The position numbers and the translations under genes were made by a program. The notes beneath the pieces are model-generated. The model ran no database searches, was not told where the DNA came from, and was given only the letters and a program-made list of their open reading frames with translations. 64,000 nt of DNA, taken from NCBI RefSeq assembly GCF_001263795.1, contig NZ_LHUR01000042.1, forward strand, positions 324,639 through 388,638, written 5' to 3'. The DNA is from Clostridium homopropionicum DSM 5847 (lineage in GTDB: Bacteria > Bacillota > Clostridia > Clostridiales > Clostridiaceae). Positions 39,935 to 49,058 of this stretch are shown here, piece after piece (position 1 is the first letter of the stretch; each line of letters begins with the position of its first letter).

Positions 39935-41821
39935 TCATTTTAAGCTATCTTTTCTTATTTTTTTTAATGCTTTTTTAGAACCCCTCTCAATATCTCTTTC
40001 TAGCTTTCTTTCCTTATAGCTGACAAATAACTGATTTAAATCATAACCCTCTGGATAAAGCTCACAGGCCTTTATTTCTAGTTTTATTCTCTTATAATTA
40101 ACCTGAATAAACTCATTATTATACAATACAACAACATTATTTAATCTGTCTCTTTCCTTGTAAATAATAGCTGACTCATTATTTTCTAAAAGAATAACTT
40201 TATCTCCAACAGAGTATTCATATAAATTTTCATCTTCCTTTACCTCTTTACTTTTAAGAACCTTACTATCTTTTATTAAATCGTAATTATAGTTTTTAGT
40301 ATTTATATATTCTCTTGCTTTATCGATGATTGAATCGTATAAGCCCATCTTTTTAGAGATATACAAAGCATTACTATCCCCTACTTTTCCTATACTAAGT
40401 TTATACAGTGGTTCCAGGCTATCCTTTTCAAACTCCATAGCTGCATTTTCAAAATCAGGGTGTTCTTTTGAAAAGTTTTTTATTTCTCCATAATGAGTAG
40501 TTGCTACAATTATGCAACCCTTATGATACAACTCTTCTAGTATTGCAATAGCCAAAGCTGAGCCTTCATTAGGCTCTGTTCCACTGCCAATTTCATCGAA
40601 CAATAATAATGTTGACTTTGTGCTTTTTCTTATTATCTCAGCTAGATTCTTTACATGTGATGAAAATGTGCTTAAAGCATTTTCAACGCTTTGGTTATCA
40701 CCTATATCAACAAATACATTGTTAAATACTGAAATCTCTGTGCCTTCTTCAGCTGCAATGTGAAATCCTGATTGTATTGCTAATGTTAATAATCCAATTG
40801 TCTTTAATACTACGGTTTTCCCCCCTGCATTTGGGCCAGTTATTATTAATCCTCTGTAATTTTCACCAATTTCAAAATCCAAAGGAACACTATTCTTAAT
40901 TAAAGAATATCTGGCTTTAATTATTTTAATATATCCATAGTCATTTAGCTTAGGCATAATTCCATCTATTTCTTTGCTATATTTAGCTTTAGCTAAAATC
41001 ATATCATACTCAGATATAACATCAATATTCATCTTTAAATCTCTCATTCTTTCGAAAAGCATATCTGTTAAAGCAGCTAATATCTTGTATTCTTCAACAG
41101 CTTCTTCTGCTTTTAATACACTTAATTCACTTGTATACTTGGAGATAACATTTGGCTCCATAAAAACCGTAGTACCTCTTGAAGAGGCTTCAATAATAGT
41201 TCCTTGAACTTGATTTTTATATGCTATCTTAATTGGAATTGTATATTTGCCATTTCGCTGACTGATAAAGAATTCTTGAATATATTCTTTATTTTCATTA
41301 CTTTTGAGGAATTTATCTAATCTATCCTTTATTTTACCATCACATAAATCAATATGCCTTCTTATTTTTTTTAGTTCTTTACTAGCATTTGAGTCAACCA
41401 TACTTCCTCTAATTGAAATATTTATTTCATCTTCAATATAGCTTAAGTCAGAGATATTTTCCCCATACGCACTTAAAGTAGGTGCATATCCTTCCTTATC
41501 CTTTATGAACAGCTTAACTTTTCTGCATCCTCTTAAAAAGTTTGACATCATAGTCAAATCAGCTGCCTCTAAAGATGCTCCCTTTTCTATCTTATCAATA
41601 AGAGGCAATATATTAAAAATCCCCTCTAAGGGCATATGATAGGAAGCATCTATTAATGCTCTTCCCTCTGAGGTTTCATTTAGTCTTTGTTTTACGACTT
41701 TAATATTATTACTTGGCTCTAATTTATCAATTAATATTTTTCCTAATCCACTAACGCAATATCCTTTCACTATTTCCTTTAACTCATAGTAATGTAATTT
41801 TTCTAAGGTTTCCTTATTCAT
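39935..41821 (-). CDS. MutS2-family protein (MutS domain V ATPase) lacking the C-terminal Smr domain
   Basis: N-terminal MNKETLEKLHYYELKEIV...GLGK (MutS2-type start). Walker A LIITGPNAGGKTVVLK and Walker B LLLFDEIGSGTEP. The C-terminus is basic/coiled with no Smr nuclease domain. Start taken at 41821, with a GAAAGGA RBS. Confidence 0.75.
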   Translation of the reverse strand: MNKETLEKLHYYELKEIVKGYCVSGLGKILIDKLEPSNNIKVVKQRLNETSEGRALIDASYHMPLEGIFNILPLIDKIEKGASLEAADLTMMSNFLRGCRKVKLFIKDKEGYAPTLSAYGENISDLSYIEDEINISIRGSMVDSNASKELKKIRRHIDLCDGKIKDRLDKFLKSNENKEYIQEFFISQRNGKYTIPIKIAYKNQVQGTIIEASSRGTTVFMEPNVISKYTSELSVLKAEEAVEEYKILAALTDMLFERMRDLKMNIDVISEYDMILAKAKYSKEIDGIMPKLNDYGYIKIIKARYSLIKNSVPLDFEIGENYRGLIITGPNAGGKTVVLKTIGLLTLAIQSGFHIAAEEGTEISVFNNVFVDIGDNQSVENALSTFSSHVKNLAEIIRKSTKSTLLLFDEIGSGTEPNEGSALAIAILEELYHKGCIIVATTHYGEIKNFSKEHPDFENAAMEFEKDSLEPLYKLSIGKVGDSNALYISKKMGLYDSIIDKAREYINTKNYNYDLIKDSKVLKSKEVKEDENLYEYSVGDKVILLENNESAIIYKERDRLNNVVVLYNNEFIQVNYKRIKLEIKACELYPEGYDLNQLFVSYKERKLERDIERGSKKALKKIRKDSLK

Positions 41822-42199
41822 ATTAATATTCCTTTCTAATTTTATTACATTACAAGCCAACGAAATCCTGATAGATTTCTAATTTTATAAAACAAAAAAG
41901 CCATGGATACCTCCACAGCTTTAAATTCTACAATTAATAAAGGTAATTCTATTACCTCTCCAAAGTAAATTCGTGGACTTGTATCTTCAATAGTACAAAT
42001 TAATTCCATAACAAATAGAAGGTATACAATACCTTATTTGAAAGAACTAATATTAAGTTAACTATTTTAGATACTAGACACTCACAAAAATACCTCTCTT
42101 CATAGAAATCTATCTTCTTCAATATATATTAAAATTTATATAATTGTCAATATAATAGACATCAAAAATTTAATGTTCTCCACAAAATCCTTCCTGACA

Positions 42200-42532
42200 T
42201 TATAAATGGCGCTCATATTGAATCCATGAATATAATCTTACACATAAAACTACTAATGACACCACTGAAAAAAAACGAAGTTCTTCAATAAATAGTACAA
42301 CAATTCCTAAAATTACTGCCAATATTGTACTTACGTTGGCACTAGTCCCATTTATTGGTTTATTTCCTACAAATATCGTTGATATCCCTTTTAACTCCTT
42401 AGAAAAGCATTTTTCATGATATGGAACAATATATATAAATTTATTTGTTACAACTAAATCATCCTTGCTTTTAATTTCTCCAACACACTTTTCGCAATAA
42501 ATAGTCTTATTTTCTCTCATTCTAACCCCCAT
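42200..42532 (-). CDS. Hypothetical zinc-ribbon membrane protein
   Basis: 110 aa with an N-terminal CxxC...H..C (YCEKCVGE...YHEKC) followed by two TM helices. Confidence 0.45.
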   Translation of the reverse strand: MGVRMRENKTIYCEKCVGEIKSKDDLVVTNKFIYIVPYHEKCFSKELKGISTIFVGNKPINGTSANVSTILAVILGIVVLFIEELRFFSVVSLVVLCVRLYSWIQYERHL

Positions 42533-42690
42533 TATCTAATTAATAATATTTTGCTGTTATACATAATAAATAAATGTTTAAAGCATGTTCTTTATTATCT
42601 TTATCAATAAATTCTAGTTAATCTAACTCTATAAATTACTAATTTATAATATTGAACCTTAAATTGGAAATTATATATTTATTGTAGTGT

Positions 42691-43470
42691 TTATAATTCT
42701 CGAGCATAAGAAATCCCCTTTTTAATTGCTTCTGCTAATCCCTTTGGATTTTCCCAAGCCATAGAATGTCCTGCCGATTTTACAATTTCAATATTTATCA
42801 TGTGTCTCTCCAGCTCAATTTGGTCATCATCTGGTAAAGATTTTTCACCAAAAATGAATGTCTTTTTACATTGCAATGAATATAATATTTCACGCCATGA
42901 TGGTTCTTCTCCAACAACTGCTGATTTTGAAATTCTACTAATTGCCGTAGAAGAACAAACTGATAATGTGGATGACCACATAGAATTTACACTAGAATTT
43001 TCATTGACAACTTCATCAAATATTCCATTTACAAAATCGTCTTCTTGATAGTTTCCAAATTCGTAACTTGATGAGCCTTCACTGCTTTTATCTAAATTAG
43101 CTTCACTAAGAATAATTGTTTCAATATTATCTCTACATTTATCTGCAAGTTCAAGTGCAATAGGGCCTCCTAAACTATGTGCAAAAATAATAAACTTATC
43201 AAGTTTTAGGTCTTGTACAAAATTATATAAATAGTTTGCATGTTCTTTTATCGTATATAAATAATCATCTGGTTTATCACTAAATCCACTGCCAAGCAAA
43301 TCTATTAATATTCGCCTGTGCTCAATTAAATCGGTTTGTGCTGCTACCTCAGGATAATCAAAAGATCCTGCACAGCCTAATCCATGAATAAATAATATTG
43401 GTGTATCTTTACCTGGTAAATCATGATACCTCATTTTATTATTTTCATTATCAACTATGTATTCCTTCAT
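42691..43470 (-). CDS. Alpha/beta hydrolase
   Basis: 259 aa. HGLGCAGS and the nucleophile elbow AHSLGG are present. Confidence 0.75.
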   Translation of the reverse strand: MKEYIVDNENNKMRYHDLPGKDTPILFIHGLGCAGSFDYPEVAAQTDLIEHRRILIDLLGSGFSDKPDDYLYTIKEHANYLYNFVQDLKLDKFIIFAHSLGGPIALELADKCRDNIETIILSEANLDKSSEGSSSYEFGNYQEDDFVNGIFDEVVNENSSVNSMWSSTLSVCSSTAISRISKSAVVGEEPSWREILYSLQCKKTFIFGEKSLPDDDQIELERHMINIEIVKSAGHSMAWENPKGLAEAIKKGISYAREL

Positions 43471-43485
43471 ACAAAACCTCCATAA

Positions 43486-44052
43486 TTAAACATAAATTTT
43501 TTTATCTTTTTCTAAATCATTTGAATTTAGCCATTTCATTCTTTTATTTGTTTCATCCAGTGAAATACATTCTGAATATCTGCCATTCCACATAAATTCA
43601 TTGTAATATTGATAGCTTTGCTTAGCTGACATAAATTTATTATTAACTGTTGTATTTGCATATGCTGGAACAATAATGTTAAATCCATGTTCAAATCCAC
43701 ATTTTATTGTAGCATCAATACAATAATCTGTTTGAAGCCCTACAATAATTATATCTTTTTCACCTTTACCTATTAAATATTCTAATAATCCAGTCCCTTT
43801 AAAAGCACTATTAACCTTTTTATCAAATATTTTTTCATCATTCATTGGTTGAAACTTTTCATATATTTCAAAGCCGTCAGTTCCTTTTGTTAATTCATTT
43901 CCTATTCCATCATCATGACGTACATATATTACTTCAATATTATTTGCCCTAGCCTCATGTATTATTTCTTTAACATTAGATACAAACCTATCAAATTCAT
44001 ATAATTCTTCATTTGTTATTAACTTTTGTGTATCAACGACTAATAAAACCAT
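43486..44052 (-). CDS. Isochorismatase-family cysteine hydrolase
   Basis: 188 aa. MVLLVVDTQ (Asp), the VGLQTDYCIDAT catalytic Cys context, and Lys are present. Confidence 0.75.
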   Translation of the reverse strand: MVLLVVDTQKLITNEELYEFDRFVSNVKEIIHEARANNIEVIYVRHDDGIGNELTKGTDGFEIYEKFQPMNDEKIFDKKVNSAFKGTGLLEYLIGKGEKDIIIVGLQTDYCIDATIKCGFEHGFNIIVPAYANTTVNNKFMSAKQSYQYYNEFMWNGRYSECISLDETNKRMKWLNSNDLEKDKKIYV

Positions 44053-44458
44053 TTTAATCTCCTTTTTCTATTACAATTAACTAACAGATAAATTACTAAT
44101 TTGTCTATTACTCAAATTTGTTCCTAATTTTATTATAACATGTTTTGTAAATATACTATTGCTTATGCTATGGTTCTACGCAACTACTATATTAAATGTT
44201 TTAAACTACATTTTAAAACAAATGAAAAAAGCACTCCATCCGACCAAGAATAGTTGTGCTTTTTCATAATTAAAATCTTTTAATTAAATCCAATAGCCCT
44301 AAAACTTAAAACGTTCTAAGGATTGCTTAGTGTTACCAACACTAAGCTTTTCTTATTTATATTATATCAAATTTTTATAAAAAATAAACCTATATAATTT
44401 TTTCTATTTAAAAATTTAAATCTCAATAACATAAATTAGAATTTGTTTTAATATTCTT

Positions 44459-44707
44459 TTATAATATTGGTACGCAAATTTCACAATAATGCTTATTTAT
44501 CATCTGCATTGCATAGCGTTCAAAAATAGGTCTTCTATCATCAAATTCATAATTTCTTTTTTATAATTGAACTTTCATTAAATAAGTTTTTTCCTCTAGC
44601 CCAACTTTTTAATTGTTCCACTATTTGCACATTCTCTAAACCGTAAGGACCTGTTCTTCGTATATAAGCAATTTTATATGATGGTATCATTTCAATATTA
44701 ATATCCA
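44459..44707 (-). pseudogene. Truncated/frameshifted GyrI-like (AraC-effector-binding type) domain gene remnant
   Basis: The minus-strand translation MDINIEMIPSYKIAYIRRTGPYGLENVQIVEQLKSWARGKNLFNESSIIKKKL* resembles a GyrI-like domain N-terminus. It continues in another frame (YEFDDRRPIFERYAMQ...) and ends after ~80 codons, against an expected ~155 aa. Confidence 0.35.
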
Positions 44708-44949
44708 TAACTTACCTTCTTTTTTAATAGAGTACATCGATGCCTGAATTCATCATATAATGCTTAAAAATGTATTTCAACTTATTTTTTAAAATTGCAC
44801 TTGGGACACTCTATAAGAAAATTGCATTTTAAGCATAGCTATTTTTAAATTCTAAAATTTATGTTATTTTAAACTCCTATATTCATTTTCAAGTTAAACA
44901 CTCTCCTCAATACTTATTTGACCATATTTTACTATCATAGGCTAAAAAG

Positions 44950-45375
44950 TTAAGAAGACAATTTATCTTTATAAAAATATTTTCTTTTTGTTAAAGTATA
45001 TACTAATACTATAGATGACCATATTGCATTCCCATAAAAAATTTGTTCATTATATTGCTGAGACAAAATAATACTTACCGCTAAAAAGTATACAGTGTAA
45101 GTTATCATTAGCCAGAATGCCCATTTTGCAAATCTTAAATATCCAAAAGCCATTACAAGAAAAACTATAGAAACTACTATTCTCATTATATCCTCAGGAA
45201 TATTTGGTAATCCAAATCTAAATGCAATTCCAAATTTGTCTGTGGCATTTGTGAACAATGTTATTATCAATACTAAAGCACCAAAAACATAGAAACCTCC
45301 AATTAACGTTATTCCTAAAGGTCTTTTTTCCTCCATAATTATTCCTCCTGCAAATTCGTAATGATTTACCGTCAT
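44950..45375 (-). CDS. Hypothetical 4-TM membrane protein
   Basis: 141 aa with four hydrophobic helices. No family recognised. Confidence 0.5.
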   Translation of the reverse strand: MTVNHYEFAGGIIMEEKRPLGITLIGGFYVFGALVLIITLFTNATDKFGIAFRFGLPNIPEDIMRIVVSIVFLVMAFGYLRFAKWAFWLMITYTVYFLAVSIILSQQYNEQIFYGNAIWSSIVLVYTLTKRKYFYKDKLSS

Positions 45376-45479
45376 GACTCAATATAAAGATATTGTCAGT
45401 TAGCAATAAAAAAGAAGCCTTAAATTAATATATAATAACTGTAGTTTATAATGGGAACAATAGCAATGAGGTGATCCAT

Positions 45480-45908
45480 ATGACTAAAAAATTAGTAGTT
45501 TCAGTATATTTTTTACTTATATTTCTATATACAACGCATACAAACGCCCAGGATTTTAAATATGTTGAAATCTTTGACCCAAAGCAAGATGCAGTTGTAA
45601 AAGTAGTTCAGTTAAATCCTCAAATTCAGAGTATTATTGCAAATTGGGTTAAAAATATTGACGGTATATATGGCAAGAATAATCCTTTTACTGATGATGG
45701 ATATGCGGTTAAAGTTCCATTAGAGCCTGCTGTTAAAGTCTATTGTAATTCTATTAATGCAATTGTCAGTGAAGTATATATAATAATTCCTAAGACCGAA
45801 CCTGCATTTTATTTGATATTTGAAAATGAAAATAAAACATCTTGTTTCCTATTTAATGGTGATATAAATATATTGTCAAATATTCTTGATTTTAATTTGA
45901 AACTATAA
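45480..45908 (+). CDS. Hypothetical secreted protein
   Basis: Signal peptide MTKKLVVSVYFLLIFLYTTHTNAQD. RBS GAGGTGA 6 nt upstream of the ATG at 45480. Confidence 0.5.
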   Translation: MTKKLVVSVYFLLIFLYTTHTNAQDFKYVEIFDPKQDAVVKVVQLNPQIQSIIANWVKNIDGIYGKNNPFTDDGYAVKVPLEPAVKVYCNSINAIVSEVYIIIPKTEPAFYLIFENENKTSCFLFNGDINILSNILDFNLKL

Positions 45909-46088
45909 AGAATTTTCTAATGAAATTTGAATTGTCTAGCTCCTTTGCTTTTTGTATTGTTGTAACAGCCTTATTAACATCTTTTGTCAGCCAAGCCTGA
46001 GCAAACCTATATGATAGTGATTTGTATTTATTTTTTATTAGCCTTATTCCTTTATAAACTATAAATATGGCTATAAGAGCATAAAATA

Positions 46089-46301
46089 CTAAAGAAAATA
46101 CTGAGGTAATCGCCTTTTACATTGAGGACATCTCCAAAATATAAGACTTGTAATAACAGCGATTGTTACCATCACTAATCCAATAATTAACAAAGGTATT
46201 ACTCTTAACAAGTAGCCTAATATATTAAATGGAATAGATATGAAAAAACATACTAATACAAATTTCCGAAATTTCACTATGGTTCTCGCTCTTAATTTCA
46301 T
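46089..46301 (-). CDS. Small membrane protein with C-terminal CxxC (CPQC)
   Basis: 70 aa with two TM helices. Speculative. Confidence 0.3.
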   Translation of the reverse strand: MKLRARTIVKFRKFVLVCFFISIPFNILGYLLRVIPLLIIGLVMVTIAVITSLIFWRCPQCKRRLPQYFL

Positions 46302-46338
46302 AAACTTATTTCTCTACTTTCTAATAATTCATAACATA

Positions 46339-46674
46339 TTACTTATCATTTCTAAAAAATGTATAGTCTTCTGCCTTAATCGGTTTCTTAATTCCACTAA
46401 ACCATCCTTCATCACAATCTAAATTTAGTTTGCGTGCTACCTCTATTGCAAATTCTCTATAAGCCATCCCCATTGCAGTTACAAGATTCCCATCTGTTAC
46501 AAGAGGTGCTTTTACTATACATTCTGGATTTAAAAAATCATATTTATCAATATCCTCTTCAAATAGTCCTGCACAGTACTTTTTACCTTCAAGAACACCA
46601 GCCTTTGCTAACAATATTGGCGAACTTGAAATACTCGCAATTAGGATACTTTCATTATTTTTAAATTGTCTCAA
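46339..46674 (-). pseudogene. N-terminally truncated DJ-1/PfpI-family gene (C-terminal ~110 aa only; nucleophile Cys replaced by Ser)
   Basis: ILIASISSSPILLAKAGVLEGKKYCAG aligns with the DJ-1 nucleophile-elbow region (LIAAICAGPxxLAKAGLLKGKK). The first ~70 residues of the fold are absent. Only 19 nt separate it from the upstream gene. Confidence 0.5.
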
Positions 46675-46693
46675 AAATCTTATATATCTTTCA

Positions 46694-47023
46694 TCATTTT
46701 TTTAGTAATGTTAATACTGAATATATAAGTACTAAGACTAGACTTATATAAACTGAACTATCAAAATAACTTTTAAATAATTGAACACTCCAATTATCTT
46801 CTCGAATAATCCAATATGATAAAAAGTTATTAATTGCTAGTCCATCATTAAGGTTTGGTACAGTAGCTGCTACATAATTTACCCCCAGGCATATTGTCGA
46901 TATAATACAAATCAGAATTAGAGGCATTAATGATTTAGAAATCATAAATTCTTTACCAGAGTTCCTTTTCATTATAAACATATATACTGCCCAAAATATC
47001 AAAACTATTAATGCAAACGTCAC
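46694..47023 (-). CDS. Hypothetical membrane protein
   Basis: 109 aa with three hydrophobic segments. Confidence 0.45.
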   Translation of the reverse strand: MTFALIVLIFWAVYMFIMKRNSGKEFMISKSLMPLILICIISTICLGVNYVAATVPNLNDGLAINNFLSYWIIREDNWSVQLFKSYFDSSVYISLVLVLIYSVLTLLKK

Positions 47024-47042
47024 TTTTAACTACCTCTCAAAT

Positions 47043-47201
47043 TAATATTTATTATTGGATTTTTCATTTATATAAATATCAAGTGCTTTAATTCCTCTAT
47101 TCGCAAGTTTTACAAATAATACGAACCCGTAAATTCCCATACCTATTAATCCTAAAGTAATTATTATGTATATATAATATGTAATTGTAAGCATTGCCAT
47201 A
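47043..47201 (-). CDS. Small (52 aa) two-TM membrane protein, not in ORF track
   Basis: MAMLTITYYIYIIITLGLIGMGIYGFVLFVKLANRGIKALDIYINEKSNNKY with a strong RBS (AAGAGGAGA) 8 nt upstream. Confidence 0.35.
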
Positions 47202-47314
47202 AAAATCTCCTCTTAGTTATAGTTGTATATTGATATAATTATAACATTTATTCCAATATATTGTATATAAATACTGCTACAATATTGATTCCTTCTGTTA
47301 AAAATTAAATTAGT

Positions 47315-47356
47315 CAAAAAAATAAGCGTCTCCGCAAATAATGCAGAAACACTTTT
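47315..47356 (-). repeat. Terminator-like repeat element, copy 2 (about 85% identical to 33246..33285)
   Basis: caaaaaaataagcgtctccgcaaataatgcagaaacactttt. It lies downstream of the def/XRE operon on the minus strand. Confidence 0.5.
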
Positions 47357-47528
47357 AATATGTTTTGGCTTGCTGCCTAAATTATTAACTTAGCAATTAT
47401 AATTTTTGTATAAATAATTTCCCGTCAGCTATAACTTATGTGGAAATATACGGTGGCGAAGGTGGATTCATCTGTAAATCGCTCTTTTGTACACATTGTA
47501 GCCTCCTTTGCTGTAATATTAAATAGCT

Positions 47529-47981
47529 CTATTTTATATATTCTGTAACTAAATCAGTAAAAAGGATACCTTCTAAATGATCTATTTCATGGCATAAACA
47601 TTTTGCTAAATCTTCTGTACCAGTTAATATAATTTCCTCTCCGTTTTCATTCAATGCTTGTACTGTTACTTTTGCAGGTCTTATTAACTTTCCCCATTTA
47701 TTTGGAATACTTAAGCAGCCCTCAATAACTTCTTGAGTTCCTTCTTCATTAATTATCTTTGGATTTACTAATTTTATAAGTCCTTGTCCCATATCTATTA
47801 CAACTAATCGCTTTAATATGCCTACTTGAGGACCAGCTAACCCTCCGCAATTTTCCGTATTGTACATAGTATCCACCATATCATTTAATATTTCTCTTAT
47901 TTTATCATCTACAACTTCAACTGCTCTGCTCTTTTTTCTTAACATTTCATCATCAAATAACCTAATTTGTCTTAATGCCAT
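47529..47981 (-). CDS. def: Peptide deformylase
   Basis: Motifs GLAGPQVG, EGCLS and HEIDHLEG. Confidence 0.9.
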   Translation of the reverse strand: MALRQIRLFDDEMLRKKSRAVEVVDDKIREILNDMVDTMYNTENCGGLAGPQVGILKRLVVIDMGQGLIKLVNPKIINEEGTQEVIEGCLSIPNKWGKLIRPAKVTVQALNENGEEIILTGTEDLAKCLCHEIDHLEGILFTDLVTEYIK

Positions 47982-48218
47982 TTAAACTACACCTCTGCTT
48001 TGATCTGCTCTTGATTTTCTTTCACTTTCTTCGAAAAGAAAAACCTCTTCTATGGTACTATGGAATACTTTAGCAATATCATAAGCCAACCATATAGATG
48101 GTTCATATCTTTCTGTTTCAATGGAATTAATTGCTTGTCTTGATACACCTACAAGTTCACCTAATTGTTCTTGAGTTAATCCTAAAGATTCACGAAATTG
48201 TTTTAACTTATTTTTCAT
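47982..48218 (-). CDS. XRE-family HTH transcriptional regulator
   Basis: 78 aa with HTH_3 ([21 protein letters not shown]). Confidence 0.8.
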   Translation of the reverse strand: MKNKLKQFRESLGLTQEQLGELVGVSRQAINSIETERYEPSIWLAYDIAKVFHSTIEEVFLFEESERKSRADQSRGVV

Positions 48219-48377
48219 CGATTATCACTCCTGTAATGTTAACCTTACATCAATAATTTAGCATTGTTCTATGTTTAAGTCAAGTCAACCTTACATTAAG
48301 TTGAAGAAAATTAAATAGAGTCAGTACACTGAAAACTCTCCCCAGTGCACTGGCCCTTTATTTAATACTATAAGTGC

Positions 48378-49058
48378 TTATTTTAGAATTTCACTGGTTA
48401 TTCCAATATGATCAATAATACCCTTTTCTAGTACTACTACCTTATCCGCTATGATTTTTACATCCTCCTTATCATGAGTGACAAAAATAGCTGTCATACC
48501 TGTTCTATTCAGTATCACTTTAAGCTCTTCTCGGATTTTACTCTTTAAATGTGCATCTAAATTGCTAAAAGGTTCATCTAAAAGCAGTACAGATGGCTTT
48601 GGAGCTAAAGCTCTTGCAATAGCAACTCTTTGCTGCTGACCACCACTTAGTTCATGAGGATATCTTCTAGCAAAATCCTGTAGATTTACAAGTTGAAGCA
48701 TTTCCTTTACTCTGATTTCTTTTTCTTTCTTGCTAAAATTCCTGAGTCCAAACATAATGTTTTCCTCTACCGTCATATGTGGAAAAAGGGCATAATCCTG
48801 AAATACCATTCCTACTCCTCGCTTTTCTGGTACAATAAATGTATTCCTATCAAATAAAATTCTGTTATCTATAACAAGGCTTCCCTCTGACGGAGTCTCA
48901 AGTCCTGCTATTATCCTAAGAATTGTACTCTTTCCACCTCCACTTTCTCCTAAGATGGAAAGTATCTCTCCTTTTTCTATTCCAAAACTAATATTCTTAA
49001 GAGTATCTGTTTTAGCGTTTTGATATTTAAAGCTTAAGTTTTCTATATTTATAAACAT
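48378..49058 (-). CDS. ABC transporter ATP-binding protein (Fe3+/spermidine-type importer ATPase)
   Basis: Walker A GESGGGKST, signature LSGGQQQRVAIARAL and Walker B LLLDEP. Confidence 0.9.
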   Translation of the reverse strand: MFINIENLSFKYQNAKTDTLKNISFGIEKGEILSILGESGGGKSTILRIIAGLETPSEGSLVIDNRILFDRNTFIVPEKRGVGMVFQDYALFPHMTVEENIMFGLRNFSKKEKEIRVKEMLQLVNLQDFARRYPHELSGGQQQRVAIARALAPKPSVLLLDEPFSNLDAHLKSKIREELKVILNRTGMTAIFVTHDKEDVKIIADKVVVLEKGIIDHIGITSEILK

